From Methanomassiliicoccales archaeon (lineage in GTDB: Archaea > Thermoplasmatota > Thermoplasmata > Methanomassiliicoccales > UBA472), in contig JAJRAN010000055.1 in assembly GCA_028682915.1 (NCBI GenBank), positions 318 to 64,317 on the forward strand: DNA of 64,000 nucleotides, in the 5' to 3' direction. The first letter of the stretch is position 1; every line of letters begins with the position of its first letter. A program made the position numbers and the translations under genes. The notes below the pieces were generated by a model. The model was not told the origin of the DNA. It saw only the letters and a program-made list of their open reading frames with translations, and did not search any database. Positions 45,291 to 54,113 of this stretch are shown piece by piece.

Positions 45291-46322
45291 ATGCCTCAGC
45301 GAAAGACCCCCATGACCTATGCAAAGGCCGGTGTGGACATAGACGCCAAGTCGGCGGCCATCGCCTCCCTGGTGAAGCAGCTGAGGTACAGGCGCTCCGG
45401 TCGCGGGAGGATGATGGATATCAAGGGCCAGTTCACATCCCTCATCGACTTCGGCGACGTGGCCTTGACCCTGTGCACCGATGGGGTGGGGACCAAGCTG
45501 CTTATCGCCGAGGCCATGAACAAGTGGGACACGGTGGGCATAGACTGCATGGCCATGAACGTGAACGACACCATTTGCGTCGGGGCCGAGCCGATCGCCT
45601 TCGTGGACTACATCGCCCTGGACAGACCCAACCCCGAGGTCACCGAGGCCATCGGGATGGGCCTCCAGGCCGGGGCGAAGATGTCGGACTGCGAGATCGT
45701 CGGGGGGGAGATCGCCGTGCTCCCCGAGATGGTGAAGGGGGTCGACCTATCGGGAAGCTGCCTAGGCTTCGTGGACAAGGACCGCATCGTCACCGGGGCG
45801 GACATCGAGATTGGTGATGTGATCATCGGGCTGCCCTCATCAGGGGTGCATTCCAACGGCATGACCCTGGCAAGGAGGGTGCTGGAGAGGAACGGCATCC
45901 CCTTGGACCAGAAGATACCTGGATTGAGGGGGAGCGTGGGAGAGGAGCTTCTCACCCCCACCTCCATCTACGTCCGCCAGGTGCTCAAGCTGCTGGAAGG
46001 CACCCAGGTCAGCGGGATGGTGGACGTAACCGGCGGAGGGCTGCGCAACTTCGTGCGCTTGAAGAGGGATGTGCGTTTCGATGTATCGCGGCCTCTGACC
46101 CCCCAACCGATCTTCAAGGTCCTCCAGGGGCTGGGCGGTATCGAGGACAGGGAGATGTACCAGACCTTCAACATGGGCATGGGCTTCGCGGTCATTCTCC
46201 GAGAGGACGACGCGAAGGAAGCTACAAGGGTCCTCGCGAAGGGGGCTAGGGTCGTTGGTTCCGTAGTGGAAGGGGAGGGCGTTGGCTCCTCGGGATTAGA
46301 TCTTGATTATTCCTCTTATTGA
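45291..46322 (+). CDS. purM: Phosphoribosylformylglycinamidine cyclo-ligase (AIR synthetase)
   Basis: TYAKAGVDID, CTDGVGTKL, DCMAMNVNDTICVGAEP, VTGGGL. Start ambiguous among TTG 45270, ATG 45291 and ATG 45312. Confidence 0.92.
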   Translation: MPQRKTPMTYAKAGVDIDAKSAAIASLVKQLRYRRSGRGRMMDIKGQFTSLIDFGDVALTLCTDGVGTKLLIAEAMNKWDTVGIDCMAMNVNDTICVGAEPIAFVDYIALDRPNPEVTEAIGMGLQAGAKMSDCEIVGGEIAVLPEMVKGVDLSGSCLGFVDKDRIVTGADIEIGDVIIGLPSSGVHSNGMTLARRVLERNGIPLDQKIPGLRGSVGEELLTPTSIYVRQVLKLLEGTQVSGMVDVTGGGLRNFVRLKRDVRFDVSRPLTPQPIFKVLQGLGGIEDREMYQTFNMGMGFAVILREDDAKEATRVLAKGARVVGSVVEGEGVGSSGLDLDYSSY

Positions 46323-46442
46323 CGCCATCGATCGACGGAAATGCGGACGCTGAAGCCAGAATGATGGAAAAAATCGGGGGATGATGAGAAGAAGAATGAA
46401 ATTCCCATTCACCGTCGAGAGAATCATTTCGCGAAGGTCTGG

Positions 46443-47006
46443 TCAGCCATTTTTACCTTGACGTCTGAGCGCGTGGGCAATGACGGCCGCCACGGCGCCG
46501 AGCGCAGTGCATGTCTCCAGGGAATGCCCACCGAAGGTGATGTCCATATGGTTCGGGGCCATCTCGCGAGCCTCCTTGGGCACGCCCTTGGGGCCGGTGC
46601 CGAATAGGAGACAGACGCTCCTACCCTCTTTCAGCATGAGGACGACCTCCTCGGCGCTCCTCTTCCTCTTCGCATCCGGGTCGCAGGTCGTTAGAACCGA
46701 CTCGCCCAGCTGAGGAGGGAGCCCCTTGGTCATGTAGGGGAAGGTCTGGAAGCGCCCTTTGGACGCCAGTTCCCTGAGGTAGGAGCCGTCCTCGCCGATG
46801 CTGGTCGTCGTCGCCACCCAATCGGCGATCTCCTGGGGGGTGGGGAGGTCCTTGGGGAAGGGGAAGCCGAACGTCGCCAGGTTCATGTCGAAGGCCAAAG
46901 CCAGCGGGCCTGCTCTGGCCAGGACGCGCCGGTGCGCCTCCCTGAAGCTGTTGGGGTCATAGGAGTTCCATAGGGCGATGGTCGCCCTTCCCGTGCGACG
47001 TGTCAT
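46443..47006 (-). CDS. Hypothetical protein, possibly SPOUT-class methyltransferase-like (DUF531-like)
   Basis: 187 aa. The C-terminal CLLFGTGPKGVPKE...HSLETCTALGAVAAVI resembles the SPOUT trefoil-knot SAM-binding region. This is a weak call. Confidence 0.4.
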   Translation of the reverse strand: MTRRTGRATIALWNSYDPNSFREAHRRVLARAGPLALAFDMNLATFGFPFPKDLPTPQEIADWVATTTSIGEDGSYLRELASKGRFQTFPYMTKGLPPQLGESVLTTCDPDAKRKRSAEEVVLMLKEGRSVCLLFGTGPKGVPKEAREMAPNHMDITFGGHSLETCTALGAVAAVIAHALRRQGKNG

Positions 47007-47058
47007 TGCACACCTTCGATAAATGAGGAGAAGAAGAGATTTGTAGGGTTTCGCGTTT

Positions 47059-48120
47059 TCAGATCTTGATCGGGACCTGCTTGACGCCCTTGAGCATGTC
47101 TCCGTCCCAGTCGTACTGCAGCCGCTTTCGGCCCTTCCACAGCTTCTTCTGCAGGACGTAGCCGACCATCAGGCTGAGGCCGATGGACGCTTCCACGTAG
47201 GCCACGGACTTGGTGGCGTCGCGGTTGATCTTGCCCCAGGATTGCGCCTCCTCGAAGGTGCAGCCGGAGAGGCCGCCCCACTGCGGCGCGTCCATGGTTA
47301 TCTGGATGGCGTAGTGGTGCCCGCCCTTGTCGTAGCCCAGGGTCTCGCAGATCACCTCGGTCTGCTGGATGTAGTTCTTGGGTATGCCGCCCCCGATGTA
47401 GATCACCCCGGTCTTCTCGGAGTTGATCTTGAGCTGTGTCAGCTCCCAGTTGTCGCGGATGGGGTCGATGCGCATGAAGTCCTTCTTGGCCTTGCGCCTT
47501 TCCACGTATAGGCCAGTGAGGCCGATGCCGATGGAGGAATCGTTCAGCGCGGGAACGAAGATTGGCACGCCGTACTTGTACGCGTTACCGAGAATTGAGC
47601 CCTCGTCCTTGACACAGTGCTTGCCCAGGACCTGCATGAACTCGCGGCTGGAGTAGCCACGGGGCTCGAGCTCGCCGGCAATCTTGCCTATGACCGCGTC
47701 GGTCTCCCGGAACTTGTTCTCGTCCACCAAGGTATCGTAGATGCGGTCGATGAACAGGTCCCTCAGCGCCAGGTCGTCGGTGCGCGGGGAGCATTTCCAG
47801 TGATGGTAACCGCGCGCCTGGTAGAAGTCCTGGTAGGGGATGGCGCCGATGGTCACGATGGAGTCGACTATGCCATAGCGGACCATGTCGGCGATGACCT
47901 TCCTCAGGCCGGCCGCGACCAGCGGGCCCGCGAGCCCCAGTATGATGGTGGGGCGCGCCTCATCCTTCAGCGCCTTTTCGTAAGCGATGGCGCAGGTGGC
48001 CAATGCCCTGCTCTGCACCGAGCTGTCCTTGTATGCGTCGACCAGGTCGGAGACCGTCGAGATCTTGTCGAAGTCTATGGCCTTGACCTTCTCCTTCAGA
48101 ACGTCGGATTTCTTGACCAT
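47059..48120 (-). CDS. dys: Deoxyhypusine synthase
   Basis: 353 aa. LGLAGPLVAAGLR, IYIGGGIPKNY, GGLSGCTFEEAQSWGKI. This enzyme is confined to archaea and eukaryotes. Confidence 0.92.
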   Translation of the reverse strand: MVKKSDVLKEKVKAIDFDKISTVSDLVDAYKDSSVQSRALATCAIAYEKALKDEARPTIILGLAGPLVAAGLRKVIADMVRYGIVDSIVTIGAIPYQDFYQARGYHHWKCSPRTDDLALRDLFIDRIYDTLVDENKFRETDAVIGKIAGELEPRGYSSREFMQVLGKHCVKDEGSILGNAYKYGVPIFVPALNDSSIGIGLTGLYVERRKAKKDFMRIDPIRDNWELTQLKINSEKTGVIYIGGGIPKNYIQQTEVICETLGYDKGGHHYAIQITMDAPQWGGLSGCTFEEAQSWGKINRDATKSVAYVEASIGLSLMVGYVLQKKLWKGRKRLQYDWDGDMLKGVKQVPIKI

Positions 48121-48196
48121 GTTCTACCGCATTGAGGTAATGAAACCTAGTATTTCGATTTTGCCCCGTTTACGGCAGAATCCACCTATCCCAGGC

Positions 48197-48373
48197 TTAT
48201 TTCTTCGTGGCGTCAGCGGTCTTGCGGGGCCGAGAGCAGATGGCGTAAAGGTCACCATCGAAAAAGACGTCTAGGTCGGGGTTCTCGGCCTGTATCTCCT
48301 GTATCTTGCGCAGGACCTCCCTTAGGGTCATGTCGCCATCCTTGCTAATCTTGACATGAACCTTGGTCTCCAT
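48197..48373 (-). CDS. Hypothetical 58-aa protein
   Basis: METKVHVKISKDGDMTLREVLRKIQEIQAENPDLDVFFDGDLYAICSRPRK..., with GAGGAGTG upstream. The track's 123-aa version extends into the AT-rich promoter region. Confidence 0.35.
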   Translation of the reverse strand: METKVHVKISKDGDMTLREVLRKIQEIQAENPDLDVFFDGDLYAICSRPRKTADATKK

Positions 48374-48607
48374 AATCCAGCGCACTCCTCGGACGATTCT
48401 CAAGTAAGGAGGTATCCACGATATATAACCTTTTTTTGCGCTGGATTGGTACGGGCCTGGGCCGAGGCCTGGAATCGTCCCGCTCCCAATCTCACATTGT
48501 AGAAATAAGACCGAGCCAGATTCGGAATCAAGAATGCTATTCACAGCGAAATATTTTAATACGTTCATGGGGACTCGGATAGAACAGCTAGGCTAGACAA
48601 GGTCAGG

Positions 48608-50557
48608 GTGTTAGGGTTGGGAATCTCCAGAAAGGCAGCACATGCCAAGAAGGATGGGACAATGGCGGCCATAGCCGTCGAGAAGCCCGACCCAGCCTCC
48701 ACCAATGATGATTTTGACAAGTCCAAGGAAGACGATCTCCGACGTTGGCTCACGGGCGAGGAGGACAATCTGCTCACCTGGCTCAACGAAGGAGACCGCG
48801 GAGAGACCGAGACCCTCACCCAGGTCGCACATGACTTGGGAGACGACGATGTTCGCGATAAGACCGAGAAAAGCGGCAAGGAGCTCGCCGAACTCAAGCT
48901 TGCAGTGATTGAATTGCTGCGCCGAGGGCAACCCGCGGATGCCGTCAAGGACGAAAGCGTTCCCGCCCTCTCAAGGAGACTGCGGGAGATATCAGAGCAC
49001 GAATCCGGATCACGTTCAGAACTGGACCGTCTTCTACGCAACAACCAGGACCTCAAGAAGGAGTTCGACTCCGCCATGGCCGCCGTGCCCAAGGACCAAC
49101 GAGCCCTAATAAAGAAGCAGATCGAGCTGGCGGAAAGGGAGGCAAGGCTCCAGGCCAAGGAGAGGGAGCGCGCGGAAATGGGGGCCAACGGCAACGGTGT
49201 CGGCGCCTCGTCCATGTCCGAGCTGGAGGAGCGCTTCCAGGCCGAGCTGCGCCAGAAGGAGCTCGAGTTCCAGGAGAAGGAGAAGGACTACCGGGCCAAG
49301 GTCGAGTACCTGGCCGAGGAGCTGAAGAGGAAAAGCCTAGAGGAGCAGCAGAAGGAGGACGAGCTCAAGCTCACCAGGATGACTGGGTCCCAGGCGAACG
49401 TGGAAATGGAGATGAAGCTGAAGGACGTCCAGCTCAAGGAGAAGCGCATGCTCCTCATGGAGGAGGAGATCGCCAGGCTGAAGATAGACGTGCGCGAGCG
49501 CGACGACGAGTTGCGCAAGATCAAGGAGGTCGTGGGCTACAAGGAGCAGGAGCTCCTCCGAAGGGAGGAGGACCTAGACTACCGCGACAAGCTCATGGCC
49601 AGCGAGCGACGGAAGCTGGACGAGGCCAAGCGCGAGGTCACCAACGTTGAAGAGGTGGAGCTGAAGAAGCGCTTGGAAGAGCTGAAATCGGAGGTGCAGC
49701 GGAAGGAGGAGGAACTGATAGCCAAGGAGAAGTTCCTCAACGCCAAGAGCGAAGAGCTCCGACTGCGCGAGTCCGGGGTCATCGATGACGAGATCAAGCG
49801 CCGCGAGGAGGAGCGGGCCATCGAGTTCAACGTGGCCAAGGTCAAGACCGGCAACTCGAGGCTGGACGATCTGCTGCTGGGCGGCATACCCTTCGGTTCG
49901 AACGTGCTCATACATGGTCCGCCATTCATCGGCAAGGAGATCATGATCGATCAGTTCGTGGCCGAGGGACTGAAGAAGGGGATCCCCTGCATTTGGGTCA
50001 TCACCGACAAGACGCCTAAGGACATCCGGGAGGAGATGGCCCCGATACTCTCGGGCTACCCGGAATACGAGGGCAGAGGACTCGTCAAGTACGTTGATTC
50101 TTACTCAAGGAGCATGGGAGAGTCCGCCGACGACCCCAACGCCATCTACATCGAGGAGCCGACGGACCACGACGCCATAATGGCGGCGACGGACAAGCTG
50201 GCCAAGGAATTCAAGGAGAGCCACAGGTACTATCGCCTGGCTTTCCGCTCGGTCTCGACGCTGGTCGCCTACTCCGACCCCAACGTCGCCTTCCGCTTCC
50301 TGAGCCCGTTCTGCGGGCGGCGCAAGCGCGACGGCGCGGTGAGCATGTATGTCATAGAGAAGGGCATGCATGGCGAGCAGGAGATACAGATGCTAGGCTC
50401 AATCATGGACGGCATGGTCGACTTCAAACTGGACCAGCTAAAGAGCTATTTCTCCATCCAAGGCATATCCGACGTCCAATCGCGCTCCTACATCCGCTAC
50501 ACCGTGGGCAAGCATGGGCTCAGCATCGGATCGTTCTCGCTGGACCATATCAGGTGA
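48608..50557 (+). CDS. Long coiled-coil protein with C-terminal KaiC/RecA-like (ATPase-fold) domain carrying degenerate Walker motifs
   Basis: 649 aa. About 400 aa of E/K/R/L-rich heptad-like sequence. The KaiC-like domain spans about 49850..50554 (RLDDLLLGGIPFGSNVLIHGPPFIGKE...). The Walker A position reads GPPFIGKE (49916..49939) and the Walker B position reads RLAFRSVSTL. Start is GTG 48608 or ATG 48662. Confidence 0.75.
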   Translation: MLGLGISRKAAHAKKDGTMAAIAVEKPDPASTNDDFDKSKEDDLRRWLTGEEDNLLTWLNEGDRGETETLTQVAHDLGDDDVRDKTEKSGKELAELKLAVIELLRRGQPADAVKDESVPALSRRLREISEHESGSRSELDRLLRNNQDLKKEFDSAMAAVPKDQRALIKKQIELAEREARLQAKERERAEMGANGNGVGASSMSELEERFQAELRQKELEFQEKEKDYRAKVEYLAEELKRKSLEEQQKEDELKLTRMTGSQANVEMEMKLKDVQLKEKRMLLMEEEIARLKIDVRERDDELRKIKEVVGYKEQELLRREEDLDYRDKLMASERRKLDEAKREVTNVEEVELKKRLEELKSEVQRKEEELIAKEKFLNAKSEELRLRESGVIDDEIKRREEERAIEFNVAKVKTGNSRLDDLLLGGIPFGSNVLIHGPPFIGKEIMIDQFVAEGLKKGIPCIWVITDKTPKDIREEMAPILSGYPEYEGRGLVKYVDSYSRSMGESADDPNAIYIEEPTDHDAIMAATDKLAKEFKESHRYYRLAFRSVSTLVAYSDPNVAFRFLSPFCGRRKRDGAVSMYVIEKGMHGEQEIQMLGSIMDGMVDFKLDQLKSYFSIQGISDVQSRSYIRYTVGKHGLSIGSFSLDHIR

Positions 50558-50612
50558 TCCAAGGCGACGTCAGAATCGCCCTTTCATGCGATTTACTCTG
50601 ACCGATTATAGG

Positions 50613-51047
50613 TCAGGCGACCTCTGGCCCTCTGTAGTCCCCCGGCTTCTTGGGAGCGGGCGCTTGCTGGATGTTGATGTGCGGCATCGGGACAGGGGGC
50701 GGGAGCCTGATGTCCCTGGCGACCAGCAAGGCGGTGGGAATGCAGTTGGGGACGACGGTGTTGTGGACCAGGTTGGCCCACTCTGGAGGCATGGAGTTCT
50801 TCTTGGTCCATTCGTCGATGAGCGCGTCCACGTCTCCTGCCACCACCACTTGGCCCTCGATCTTGATGTAGCCCATGCCCACGTAGTTGGTGGTGAAGCG
50901 GTAGTCGATCACCGCGGTGGATTCGGCCCCCTTCACGATCTGGGTGACGGTGCTGTTGTGGTCCACCCTCACGTTATTTACCTTCTCCCCTGCCTTGGAG
51001 AACCTCTTCGCTTCGATGAAAGCTAACTCGAAACTTTTGACTAACAT
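50613..51047 (-). CDS. Hypothetical protein with Pro-rich C-terminal tail
   Basis: 144 aa with clean frame, directly downstream of and co-oriented with tRNA-Phe. No family confidently recognised. Confidence 0.5.
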   Translation of the reverse strand: MLVKSFELAFIEAKRFSKAGEKVNNVRVDHNSTVTQIVKGAESTAVIDYRFTTNYVGMGYIKIEGQVVVAGDVDALIDEWTKKNSMPPEWANLVHNTVVPNCIPTALLVARDIRLPPPVPMPHINIQQAPAPKKPGDYRGPEVA

Positions 51048-51116
51048 CTTCCCGCCTGCTACCGCATCATAGGGGCGGGTAATAGAAGTTTGCCGAGCAT
51101 GGTCTTAGAAATGGAG

Positions 51117-51189
51117 TGCCGCAGGCCGGACTTGAACCAGCGACTTCAAGATCTTCAGTCTTGCACTCTCCCAACTGAGTTACTGCGGC
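51117..51189 (-). tRNA. tRNA-Phe (anticodon GAA)
   Basis: Reverse complement is GCCGCAG-TA-ACTC-AGTTGGGA-GAGT-G-CAAGA-CTGAAGA-TCTTG-AAGTC-GCTGG-TTCAAGT-CCGGC-CTGCGGC-A. It has a 7-bp acceptor stem, a cloverleaf with all arms paired and a GAA anticodon. CCA is not encoded. Confidence 0.9.
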
Positions 51190-51216
51190 GGGCTTGACCG
51201 AAAAAGGGGAGGGCCG

Positions 51217-51224
51217 TTATAAAT
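51217..51224 (-). promoter_or_regulatory. TATA box for tRNA-Phe
   Basis: The minus strand reads ACATTTATAACGG, with TTTATAA about 27-30 nt upstream of the tRNA 5' end. Confidence 0.55.
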
Positions 51225-51332
51225 GTTCCCCACGCGGCGGCCGGGAGCGAAAGCCCTCGAAAAAGAGGCTTTGAGCGAGCTTTCTAGGACTAACCAGGAA
51301 GGCGTCCTCCAGATGATACTGGCAGCATTACG

Positions 51333-51340
51333 TTTATATA
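51333..51340 (+). promoter_or_regulatory. TATA box for the type-IV-filament operon
   Basis: CGTTTATATATCT lies about 50-60 nt upstream of ATG 51392. Confidence 0.5.
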
Positions 51341-51391
51341 TCTACGAAGTTCTCTTAATCACACCAGACTGGATGGGGGACTGGATTTCAA

Positions 51392-52354
51392 ATGCTCGAG
51401 CGCCCCAAGCGAAGCGTGTGCAAAGTTACGCAAGTCCGCCGTTTCTTGAAGCGGGACCGCGATGAGAGAGGAGTAGCATCCACGGTCGGAACGATAATGG
51501 CACTTCTTGTCTTCCTGACATTCTTGACGCTGTTCACGAATTCCTACATCCCCGTGTGGATGGTGGACAATGAAAGGACCCACATGAATACGGTCATGAA
51601 CCAGTTCGGGGAGATGAAGGGGAAGGTGGACATCCTCTCGATAAACGCCCGCATGACCGGCTCGACCGACATCAACATGTACCAGTCCATCGACCTGGGG
51701 GCGGACGGGATCCCTGTCTTCGCCTCTCCGACGGCGGGCATGATAAGTTACGCCCCTTACGGTGGCGGCAACAGCAGCGTCAGGGTGATATTCAATTACA
51801 CATTGGGCTCGAGCACGAATGTCTACCACTTTGACCAAAACGGTGGGGGCATGGTCCAGTTCTATGCTCCTAACCGGTATTATGTGCAACAGTGGGTGAC
51901 CTATGAGAATGGCGCCATCCTGGTACGCCAGACGGATGGGCAGACGATGAGGGCCTATCCAAGTATCGAGCTTAGCAAGCCCAACCCCTCCTCCCAGATC
52001 AACATGGCCTTCGAGCAGGTGGACTTCGTAGGACCGAACTCCAGCGCGGCAGGCACCTCGAACGCGGGATTGAACATCGACGTGATCTACCTCGACTCTG
52101 AGACATACACCAATGCCAACATAAGCGGGACGCTGAGCCCGATCGTCCTGGTCTTCAAGAGCCTCAATGGCCAGGCATGGTACAGCTACCTGTTCCAGTA
52201 CCTACATTCCGCCAATAACAACCTGGTGAACAACACCGACTATGTCCTATCCCCATACTCCGCCAGCACCCAGACAGTGAAGCTCGTCATCAACAACGTC
52301 AGCTCCTTCGCCTTCAGCCGCGCCATAACCCAGATCAGCGTAGAGGTATCATGA
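51392..52354 (+). CDS. Archaeal type IV pilin-like protein (class III signal peptide)
   Basis: 320 aa. KRDRDERG|VASTVGTIMALLVFLTFLTLF is the archaeal prepilin pattern: basic stretch, G, small residue, hydrophobic helix. The remainder is beta-rich with many N-x-S/T sequons. The true start may be further downstream (for example the TTG in FLKRD). Confidence 0.65.
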   Translation: MLERPKRSVCKVTQVRRFLKRDRDERGVASTVGTIMALLVFLTFLTLFTNSYIPVWMVDNERTHMNTVMNQFGEMKGKVDILSINARMTGSTDINMYQSIDLGADGIPVFASPTAGMISYAPYGGGNSSVRVIFNYTLGSSTNVYHFDQNGGGMVQFYAPNRYYVQQWVTYENGAILVRQTDGQTMRAYPSIELSKPNPSSQINMAFEQVDFVGPNSSAAGTSNAGLNIDVIYLDSETYTNANISGTLSPIVLVFKSLNGQAWYSYLFQYLHSANNNLVNNTDYVLSPYSASTQTVKLVINNVSSFAFSRAITQISVEVS

Positions 52355-52367
52355 TGGAGGCGCTAGC

Positions 52368-54113
52368 ATGAAGCGGATCAAGAAGGACACGGGGGCCGGG
52401 GCCTCTCAGACCGATACGATCGCGCCTGAGGTGGAGGACACCAAGTCCCACCGTATCCGCGACTCCTATGTCAAGTTCCTACGGAAGTTCTCCTCGAAAG
52501 GGAGCATAGTGCGGCTTCCAGCCGGCCAGATCCAGGAGAGGATCGAGTGGTCCAAGGGGAAGGGCTCGGGAATCACCGAGATCCCCAAGATCGAGAACCC
52601 GAACATCGAGATCGTAGACCTGTACCCCGTCTTCGAGCCCTACAGCTACATCCGCGTCACCTTCAACAGCGAGAACTCCGAGTACGTCCTGGAGACGCTG
52701 GAACCACGGCTGAACGAGGAGGAAGGAAAGCTCCTTCGCCTGGTCAAGGACACGCTGGAGCGGACTCTGGGCTATGAGTGGCAGAAGCTCACCACCTTCG
52801 ACAAGGACCGTTACCTTCGCGAGGCGGTGGATTCCTTCTTCGAGACCCGCGGCATGCGGGTGGACCAGATATCCAAGAAGAAGATAGGCTACTTCATCAT
52901 CCGCGATTTCGTCGGCTACGGGCCCATCGACCCGCTCATGCGCGATGAGAACGTGGAGGACGTGTCCTGCGATGGGGTCGACGTGCCTTTGTTCCTGTTC
53001 CATCGCAAATACGAGAGCATCAGGACCCAGCTGAGGTTCGAGGACGAGGAGTCGCTGAACTCGTTCGTGGTCGCCCTGGCGCAACGCTGCGGGAAACAGA
53101 TATCGGTGTCCAGCCCCATCCTCGACGGCACCACCCCGGAAGGGCACCGCGTCCAGGCCACCTACTCGCGCGAGGTCACCACCCGGGGAGGCACGTTCAC
53201 CATCCGCAGGTTCAAGGAGAAGCCCTTCACGCCTGTGGACCTGATCAAGTTCGGCACCGCCAGCCCCGAGATGGTCGCCTACCTTTGGATAGGCGTCGAG
53301 CACGGCGAGTCCGCCATCATCGCCGGAGGCACGGCCTCGGGCAAGACGGCCACGCTGAACTCCATCGCGCTCTTCATACCGCCCGGGGCGAAGATCGTCA
53401 CCATGGAGGACACCCGCGAGATCAACCTTCCCCACGAGAACTGGATCCCGGGCACGACCCGGTCCGGGGTAGGGGAGAAGGAGGCGAGCGGCAAGTCCGC
53501 GGGCGAGATAGATATGTATGACCTTGTCCGGGCGGCGCTGAGGCAACGCCCCAACTACATCATCGTCGGCGAGGTCAGAGGCAAGGAGACCTACATCATG
53601 TTCCAGGCAATGGCCACCGGCCATACCACCTACTCGACCATGCACGCCGACTCGGTGAAGAGCATGGTGAACAGATTGGAGAACCCGCCCATCAACTGCC
53701 CCAGGATACTGCTCACCGCTCTGCGCAACGTCATGATCCAGACCCACGTCCGGGTCGGCACGGACCTGGTCAGGCGGATCAAGCAGGTCATCGAGATCGT
53801 GGGCTTCGAGCCGGAGACCAACGAGCTCATAACCAACACCGTCTACGAATGGGACCAGGCCACGGACAAGTTCCTCTACAAGGGGCACTCGTTCCTGTTC
53901 GACAAGATCATGGAGATGAAATCTCTCACCCACGAACAGATGATGACCGAGTTCGACCGAAGGGTGGACATCGTGCGCTACATGGTCTACAAGGACATAA
54001 CCGATCACCGCAAGATCTGGTCGCTGATCAACAATTACTACAAGGAGCCGGACAAGACCGTGGAACGCGTCCGCAACGAAATGAGGGAAGGAGGTTTGGA
54101 AGTTGCCGCCTGA
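52368..54113 (+). CDS. Type II/IV secretion system ATPase, archaeal FlaI/PilB-like (copy 1)
   Basis: 581 aa. Walker A GGTASGKTATLN, Asp box IVTMEDTREINL, Walker B RQRPNYIIVGEVRGKE, His box TGHTTYSTMHA. GGAGG RBS upstream. Confidence 0.9.
   Translation: MKRIKKDTGAGASQTDTIAPEVEDTKSHRIRDSYVKFLRKFSSKGSIVRLPAGQIQERIEWSKGKGSGITEIPKIENPNIEIVDLYPVFEPYSYIRVTFNSENSEYVLETLEPRLNEEEGKLLRLVKDTLERTLGYEWQKLTTFDKDRYLREAVDSFFETRGMRVDQISKKKIGYFIIRDFVGYGPIDPLMRDENVEDVSCDGVDVPLFLFHRKYESIRTQLRFEDEESLNSFVVALAQRCGKQISVSSPILDGTTPEGHRVQATYSREVTTRGGTFTIRRFKEKPFTPVDLIKFGTASPEMVAYLWIGVEHGESAIIAGGTASGKTATLNSIALFIPPGAKIVTMEDTREINLPHENWIPGTTRSGVGEKEASGKSAGEIDMYDLVRAALRQRPNYIIVGEVRGKETYIMFQAMATGHTTYSTMHADSVKSMVNRLENPPINCPRILLTALRNVMIQTHVRVGTDLVRRIKQVIEIVGFEPETNELITNTVYEWDQATDKFLYKGHSFLFDKIMEMKSLTHEQMMTEFDRRVDIVRYMVYKDITDHRKIWSLINNYYKEPDKTVERVRNEMREGGLEVAA

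Noticed and set aside
46355-46442. Box C-like ATGATGG/GATGATGA motifs, suggesting a C/D box sRNA. A similar AATGATGA occurs at about 40452
   Set aside because: No correctly spaced CUGA D/D' boxes or terminal stem were found within 50-70 nt, so the motifs alone are not diagnostic.
48565-49215. 216-aa antisense ORF opposite the coiled-coil region
   Set aside because: It is a Ser/Leu/Arg-rich mirror of the Glu/Lys/Leu-rich sense strand, a typical antisense artefact of repetitive coiled-coil coding.
50613-51047. Impression that the 144-aa protein is SecB-like (…PNCIPTALLVARDIRLPPPVPMPHINI resembling the SecB C-terminal strand region)
   Set aside because: The resemblance comes from memory only and is too weak to call. 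It is left as hypothetical and needs HHpred or a structure prediction.
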